A stretch of 59,334 bases of DNA from an uncultured Gemmatimonadota bacterium. Its GTDB lineage: Bacteria > Gemmatimonadota > Gemmatimonadetes > Palauibacterales > KS3-K002. Below are positions 54,716 to 59,334 of this stretch, piece after piece. The position numbers and the translations under genes are program-made. The notes under the pieces are model-generated. The model made no database searches, had not been told where the DNA came from, and saw only the letters and a list, made by a program, of their open reading frames with translations. Where the stretch lies: assembly GCA_964348165.1 (NCBI GenBank), contig CAYGCC010000179.1, positions 1 to 59,334 on the forward strand, written 5' to 3'. The first letter of the stretch is position 1. Each line of letters begins with the position of its first letter.

Positions 54716-55705
54716 ATGCCCGCGAATCTGCCACCGATCTACCACACGGCCGAAAAGCGATACCGCCAGGCGAACACGGCCGAGGAGAAGATCGAAGCGC
54801 TGCGCGAGATGCTCGCCGTGATGCCCAAACATAAGGGCACCGATAAGCTGCAGGCCGACATCAAGCGGCGGATCGCGCAACTCAAGGACCAGGCCAAAAA
54901 AGCACCCGCCGCCCGGCAAGTGCCCCAGTGGGTGATCGAGAAGGTCGGGGCCGGCCAGGTACCGGTGATCGGACCCCCGAACGCCGGCAAGTCAGCGCTC
55001 ATCGCTCGGGTCACGCACGCCGAGGTGCGCGTGGCGGAATACCCGTTCACCACGCAATCGCCGATCCCGGCGATGATGCCGTTCGAGAACATCCAGATCC
55101 AGCTCGTCGATACACCCGCCTGGTCGGAGGACTTCGATGTCGGTTGGATACCAGAGCTGACTCGGCGTGCTGACGCCTGCGTCTTGATCGCCGACCTCTC
55201 GGACTCGAACGCGCCCGATGCCACCGACTTCATCCTCGAGGCGTTGGCGGCTCGCGACGTCGTGCTTGTGGGCGAAGTCCCCGAGGAGCGAGAGGGCTTC
55301 GAAGTCTGCGTCCCCACGCTGCTGGTTGGAAACAAGCTGGATGCGCCGGGCGCAGATCAGATGCACGAGCGCTTAGAGCAGCGCTTCGCCGACCGGTTCC
55401 CGACCTGTGGCATATCCGTCGAGAGCGGGCGCGGCATCGACGACTTCAAGCGCGCGCTGTTCGAAGTGATGCAGATCTCCCGCGTGTTTACCAAACAGCC
55501 CGGAAAGGATGCCGACCTGGGCGAGCCGTTTGTCCTTCCGGTTGGCAGTACCGTGCGCGATCTCGCCGGGAAGATCCACAAGGAGATCCTCGCCAACTTC
55601 CGCTTCGGTCGAGTTTGGGGAGAATCAGGCAGGTTTCAGGGTCAGCGGGTGGGCGAGGACCATGTGCTGGTCGACGGTGACATCGTGGAACTTCACACTC
55701 GATAG
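54716..55705 (+). CDS. DRG/Rbg-like OBG-family GTPase with C-terminal TGS domain
   Basis: 329-aa ORF. DRG-type N-terminal helix PKHKGTDKLQADIKRRIAQLK. G1 GPPNAGKS, G2 YPFTT, G3 variant DTPA, G4 NKLD. C-terminal TGS-like FVLPVGSTVRDLAGKIH..LVDGDIVELH. Confidence 0.82.
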   Translation: MPANLPPIYHTAEKRYRQANTAEEKIEALREMLAVMPKHKGTDKLQADIKRRIAQLKDQAKKAPAARQVPQWVIEKVGAGQVPVIGPPNAGKSALIARVTHAEVRVAEYPFTTQSPIPAMMPFENIQIQLVDTPAWSEDFDVGWIPELTRRADACVLIADLSDSNAPDATDFILEALAARDVVLVGEVPEEREGFEVCVPTLLVGNKLDAPGADQMHERLEQRFADRFPTCGISVESGRGIDDFKRALFEVMQISRVFTKQPGKDADLGEPFVLPVGSTVRDLAGKIHKEILANFRFGRVWGESGRFQGQRVGEDHVLVDGDIVELHTR

Positions 55706-55742
55706 CTCCGATTCCGCCCGCTGAGCCCCGCTTCCCAGGCCG

Positions 55743-56954
55743 TTACCGGCTGACCCGGTTGCGGCCGGTCCGTTTGGCACGATATAGGGCGCGATCCGCC
55801 GCCTGGAGCACCTTCTCTGCCGTGGGGTATCTACCACTCCGCTCCGCCACTCCGATGCTGACAGTCACCGCCAGTCGCTTGCCTCGGGAAGACCGCTTCG
55901 CGCCCTTTGGCTCCGGCTTGGCCTTGGGGCGGCGGCGACCTCTCAACTTGAACGAGTAACTTTCGATCGCGCCACGAAGCTGCTCGAGGTGTGGCTCCGC
56001 CTCGTCGCGGTTCTTGCCCGGAAAAAGCACAGCGAACTCTTCACCGCCATAGCGAAACGCCCGGCCTCCACCCATGATGCGCCGCAGGTGGCTAGCGACC
56101 ATAGCCAGCACCTGATCGCCCACGTCGTGGCCGTGGCGGTCGTTGAAGCGTTTGAAATGATCGATGTCCACCATGGCGATGCTGTAGTCCTCACCCAATG
56201 CCGCCAGCGCGTCCCGCATGGCGCGCCGTGCAGGCAGGCCGGTCAGGTCGTCGTGGTAGGCCATCCTGTACGAGCTCTCGATGACCGAGAGCGCCAGGAT
56301 GACGCCGGCCGCCATGAAGAACAAGCTCGATTCGGCGCTCGCCGCTGGAGCCCGAATGGCCAAGAACGCCGCCAGGATCGCCCACAGAAAACCGCGCTCC
56401 ACCACTTTGCGCCGCCGAACCGCCGCCGTGGCGCTCGCCGCCAGACCCACGGCGGTGGCGAGCAGGGCGGGTTGTGGGATGCCAACTGCGGCCAGAAAGT
56501 CCAACTTGATCAGTTCACGCCCAAACAGCGCCGCGACGGTCGGGTGCTGGATGAGAAGGAACGCCGTCGCCCCTGCGAGGACGATCACCCCGATGTTCTG
56601 GACCAGGCCGCGGAACACGAGCACGCCGCGATCATGCGCCACGGCCAGGCACCCCAGCGCCAGCGGAAGCAGGAAGGCGGCCGCGGCCTGGATGGCTTGC
56701 ACCTCCGCCGCGCCGACGATGTGCAGCGTCCGTTCGACGATGCCGATCGCCAAAATCGCCGCGACGACGCGACTGCGGTGAAACCGCCAGCCGAGCAGGA
56801 TCGCGGCTCCGAAGACGACATAGGGATAGCCGCTGCCAATCCCGCCGAGCAGACCCGAATCGCCGGCCAGGCGAAGCGCGGCCACCGCGGCGAGGATGAC
56901 CAGGCCGCCGGGAGCCACCCAGGAAAAGACTTGCCTTACCTGCGTAGAGGCCAA
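55743..56954 (-). CDS. membrane-bound diguanylate cyclase (GGDEF)
   Basis: 403-aa ORF with about 6 N-terminal TMs, then DDLTGLPARRA, DIDHFKRFNDRHGHDVGDQVL and the active site RYGGEEFAVLF. Confidence 0.9.
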   Translation of the reverse strand: MASTQVRQVFSWVAPGGLVILAAVAALRLAGDSGLLGGIGSGYPYVVFGAAILLGWRFHRSRVVAAILAIGIVERTLHIVGAAEVQAIQAAAAFLLPLALGCLAVAHDRGVLVFRGLVQNIGVIVLAGATAFLLIQHPTVAALFGRELIKLDFLAAVGIPQPALLATAVGLAASATAAVRRRKVVERGFLWAILAAFLAIRAPAASAESSLFFMAAGVILALSVIESSYRMAYHDDLTGLPARRAMRDALAALGEDYSIAMVDIDHFKRFNDRHGHDVGDQVLAMVASHLRRIMGGGRAFRYGGEEFAVLFPGKNRDEAEPHLEQLRGAIESYSFKLRGRRRPKAKPEPKGAKRSSRGKRLAVTVSIGVAERSGRYPTAEKVLQAADRALYRAKRTGRNRVSR

Positions 56955-57003
56955 AGCGTCTCGCTAACCAGTGACGAACGTCGGGACGACGGCCGTGAAC
57001 CGT

Positions 57004-57558
57004 CTAGCCATCGCTGAAGAGATCTGGCTGCTCGGCCGCTGATTCGGGGTAGACGAGCCGGAGGTCACGCAGCACACGGGCGTTCGCGTTGAGCGAATGG
57101 CCCTCCGATTTCCCCGAGCCGAGCACATGTATCACCTCATAGCCACGCGCCACCAGCGCGTCCGAGATCAGCTGGCGATGGCACCGCCAGGGCATGGCCT
57201 CAGCGCACATGATAGTCACGGTCCTCTCGGACGCCAGCCCGATCACCCGGCTCAACGCTTCGCGGAACTCGGGCGAGTCCATATGATCGGCGTAGGCCTG
57301 AAAGCCCGCCGATCGCCACGCTGTGTTCGGCGACTCGGGTCGCGGCTTGCGAAAGCCGCCCAGGTCGGGCTCGTGACTGTACCCGATCCCCGCCTCGGCG
57401 AGGGCCCCGGAGAGGGCCTCCTGGGCGAAATGGGGGTGGCGCCGCGATCCGGGGAACCGGCGCACGTCGACCAGCCGCTCGATCTCGTGCTCGCGCAAGA
57501 GCTCGAGAAACTCCCCCCACGTCCGGGTCGAGTGGCCGATCGTGAAGATCCTGGACAT
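57004..57558 (-). CDS. DUF488 domain-containing protein
   Basis: 184-aa ORF. IFTIGHSTRTWGEFLELLREHEIERLVDVRRFPGSRRHPHF and MCAEAMPWRCHR match DUF488. Confidence 0.85.
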   Translation of the reverse strand: MSRIFTIGHSTRTWGEFLELLREHEIERLVDVRRFPGSRRHPHFAQEALSGALAEAGIGYSHEPDLGGFRKPRPESPNTAWRSAGFQAYADHMDSPEFREALSRVIGLASERTVTIMCAEAMPWRCHRQLISDALVARGYEVIHVLGSGKSEGHSLNANARVLRDLRLVYPESAAEQPDLFSDG

Positions 57559-57564
57559 ACCGGC

Positions 57565-58656
57565 TTAGGCTGTAACCGCGCGGCGGAACCTGGCGATGGC
57601 GAGGAAGAGAACGGCGGCCGCGATCGCCGTCAGTGCCAAGTATTGCGGCCAGAGCTGCGCCAGCCCCGTCCCTTTCAGAAATATGGCGCGCACGATCTCG
57701 AGGAAATGGCGAACTGGGTTGAGAAGTGTGAGCCACTGAAAGACCTTGGGCATGCTACTGATCGGATAGAAGAACCCGGAAAGGATGATCGCCGGCAGCA
57801 GAAACAGGAACATCGTCATGATGGCTTCCTGCTGCGTTCGCGACATCGTCGAGATCAGGAGGCCGAACGAGAGTCCCGAGACGATGTAGAGCAGGGCGGC
57901 GGGCAACAGCGCGAAGAACGAGCCGCGCATAGGGATGCCAAACCAGAGGATCGCGATTGTCGTGATCAGCGCCAGATCGATGAGCCCGATCAAGGTCACC
58001 GGTAAGGTCTTCCCCAGCATCAGCTCGCTCGCCGACAGCGGGCTCACGCTGAGCTGGTCGAGCGTGCCCATCTCTCGCTCCCGCACCACGGCCAGGGCGG
58101 TGAGCAGCAACGACATCAGCAAGATCAAGATGCCGATCACGGCCGGCACGTTGTAGGCCCGGCTCTCCAGCTCCGGGTTGTACCAGGCGCGGGCGCGCAG
58201 GTCGATCCCAGCGGTGGTGAGGTCGCCCAAACCAGCGGCGCGCGCCAGAGCGAAGCGTTGGATGATGCGTTGCGCGTAGCCCTGGGCCACCGTGCCGCTG
58301 TTAGAGTTGGTACCGTCCACGACGACCTGCACGACCCCACGTCCGGCCGCCACATCACGTGCGAAGCCCACCGGAAGATCGATCCCCAGGAGCGCTTCGC
58401 CGTGGTCGAGCGCCCGGACCAGATCGGCTGGCCGGTCTGTGCTCCGCTCAATTCTGAAATAGCCGGTGGAGCGAAAGGCGTCGACCATCTCACGCGCCAG
58501 CGCGGATCCGTCGCGATCCACTACGATCGTCGCCGTGTTGCGAATGTCGGTGTTGACCGCGTAGCCGAACACCAGCAGCTGGATCAGCGGGGAGATGAAC
58601 ACGATGCGCTTCATACGCGGGTCGCGGAATATCTGCCGCAGCTCTTTTTTCAGCAT
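57565..58656 (-). CDS. ABC-2 type transporter permease
   Basis: Start trimmed to ATG 58656 (MLKKELRQIFRDPRMKRIVFISPLIQLLVFGY). It has a large external loop and then 5 C-terminal TMs. The track ORF upstream of this runs through the neighbouring gene in another frame. Confidence 0.85.
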   Translation of the reverse strand: MLKKELRQIFRDPRMKRIVFISPLIQLLVFGYAVNTDIRNTATIVVDRDGSALAREMVDAFRSTGYFRIERSTDRPADLVRALDHGEALLGIDLPVGFARDVAAGRGVVQVVVDGTNSNSGTVAQGYAQRIIQRFALARAAGLGDLTTAGIDLRARAWYNPELESRAYNVPAVIGILILLMSLLLTALAVVREREMGTLDQLSVSPLSASELMLGKTLPVTLIGLIDLALITTIAILWFGIPMRGSFFALLPAALLYIVSGLSFGLLISTMSRTQQEAIMTMFLFLLPAIILSGFFYPISSMPKVFQWLTLLNPVRHFLEIVRAIFLKGTGLAQLWPQYLALTAIAAAVLFLAIARFRRAVTA

Positions 58657-58685
58657 CTCGCGTATGCGCAGCACCGACACGACGG

Positions 58686-59334
58686 CTAACCCAGCTCTTT
58701 CTTGAAGGCGCGGATCGCCAGAGTCAGGCCGGCCGTCGCGAAGATGATCATCGCCAGCCCCTCCACCCAGAGCACGCCGGGGCCGACGCCCTTGAGTATG
58801 ATCCCCCGGGTCACGGTCACGTAGTAACGCGCCGGCACCGCGTAGGTCACCGCCTTCAAGGGAATCGGCATCGTGTCGATCGAGAAGATGAAATCCGACA
58901 ACAGCAGCGCCGGCAGATAGGTGGCGAGTATCGCCACCTGGGTGGCTAACACCTGCGACTTGACCGCCGCCGAGATGAACATGCCAAGGCTCAGCGCACC
59001 CAGCAGGAAAAGCAGGGTAAGGCCCGCCAGCAGCAGCAGATTGCCGCGAAAGGGGACGTCGAAGATGAAGATGCCGGCGGCGATGGCCAGTGCCACGTCG
59101 AACAGCCCGATCACCACGTAGGGGAATAGCTTCCCGAGCACGACCTCCAGCCGATGAACCGGCGTTGCCGCGAGCTGTTCCATCGTGCCGCGTTCCCACT
59201 CACGAGCGATGGTCAGCGCGGTCAACATGGCAGCGATGATCGACATGATCACCGCCACCAGACCGGGGACGATCATGTTGCGGCTCTCGAGCGTCTCGTT
59301 GTACCAGATCCGCGTCTCCGCCTCGACGGGGAGC
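58686..59334 (-). CDS. ABC-2 type transporter permease (5' end outside window)
   Basis: The open frame continues to the window edge (..IWYNETLESRNMIVPGLVAVIMSIIAAML..REWERGTMEQL). It is a paralog of the downstream permease. Confidence 0.8.
   Translation of the reverse strand, partial: LPVEAETRIWYNETLESRNMIVPGLVAVIMSIIAAMLTALTIAREWERGTMEQLAATPVHRLEVVLGKLFPYVVIGLFDVALAIAAGIFIFDVPFRGNLLLLAGLTLLFLLGALSLGMFISAAVKSQVLATQVAILATYLPALLLSDFIFSIDTMPIPLKAVTYAVPARYYVTVTRGIILKGVGPGVLWVEGLAMIIFATAGLTLAIRAFKKELG

Overview
High-GC (about 65%) bacterial chromosomal window, densely coding (about 50 genes). I saw no rRNA, tRNA, CRISPR array, transposase or integrase. Because of the GC content, most long alternative-frame and antisense ORFs in the track are shadow ORFs.

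Gene order:
(1) 81-11293: glycogen/trehalose block. It holds glgB, treY and an alpha-glucan phosphorylase, then a translationally coupled minus-strand trio of beta-phosphoglucomutase, trehalose-phosphatase and a GH65 phosphorylase.
(2) 11.5-17.3 kb: rhomboid protease, DUF427, hybrid PAS histidine kinase, FAD oxidoreductase, SDR.
(3) 17.4-28.3 kb: a light / UV-damage island.
- It contains fasciclin, DUF378, a decayed CarH/LitR-like gene, a class II photolyase, an FeS-BCP photolyase/cryptochrome, an SRPBCC-TIGR01777 fusion, an Fpg/Nei glycosylase, SDR-DUF2867, DUF523-DUF1722 (TudS/YbgA-like) and an intact CarH/LitR-type MerR regulator with a B12-binding domain.
- Two AT-rich promoter regions in the island share one operator-like architecture.
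(4) 28.4-34.4 kb: MBL-rhodanese fusion, proline dehydrogenase, two tiny ORFs behind a GTTACC-repeat region, and a CBM9/DUF5916 protein.
(5) 34.4-38.8 kb: thiol/redox string. It holds a decayed ypdA-like reductase, an ABM monooxygenase, a small TM protein, a 740-aa ACAD-like protein, and a glutaredoxin-like gene whose CPYC active site reads U-P-Y-C through an in-frame TGA. This probable selenoprotein is missed by the ORF track.
(6) 38.9-46.9 kb: UvrD-type helicase with an embedded DEDDh exonuclease, an orphan 3' metalloprotease fragment with an intrinsic terminator, and an AttEFGH-like ABC system.
(7) 47-59 kb: two MscS channels, GT87, RmuC, a methyltransferase, a DRG-like GTPase, a GGDEF protein, DUF488 and two ABC-2 permeases.

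Several perfect short head-to-tail duplications (11-20 bp) are scattered through the window.
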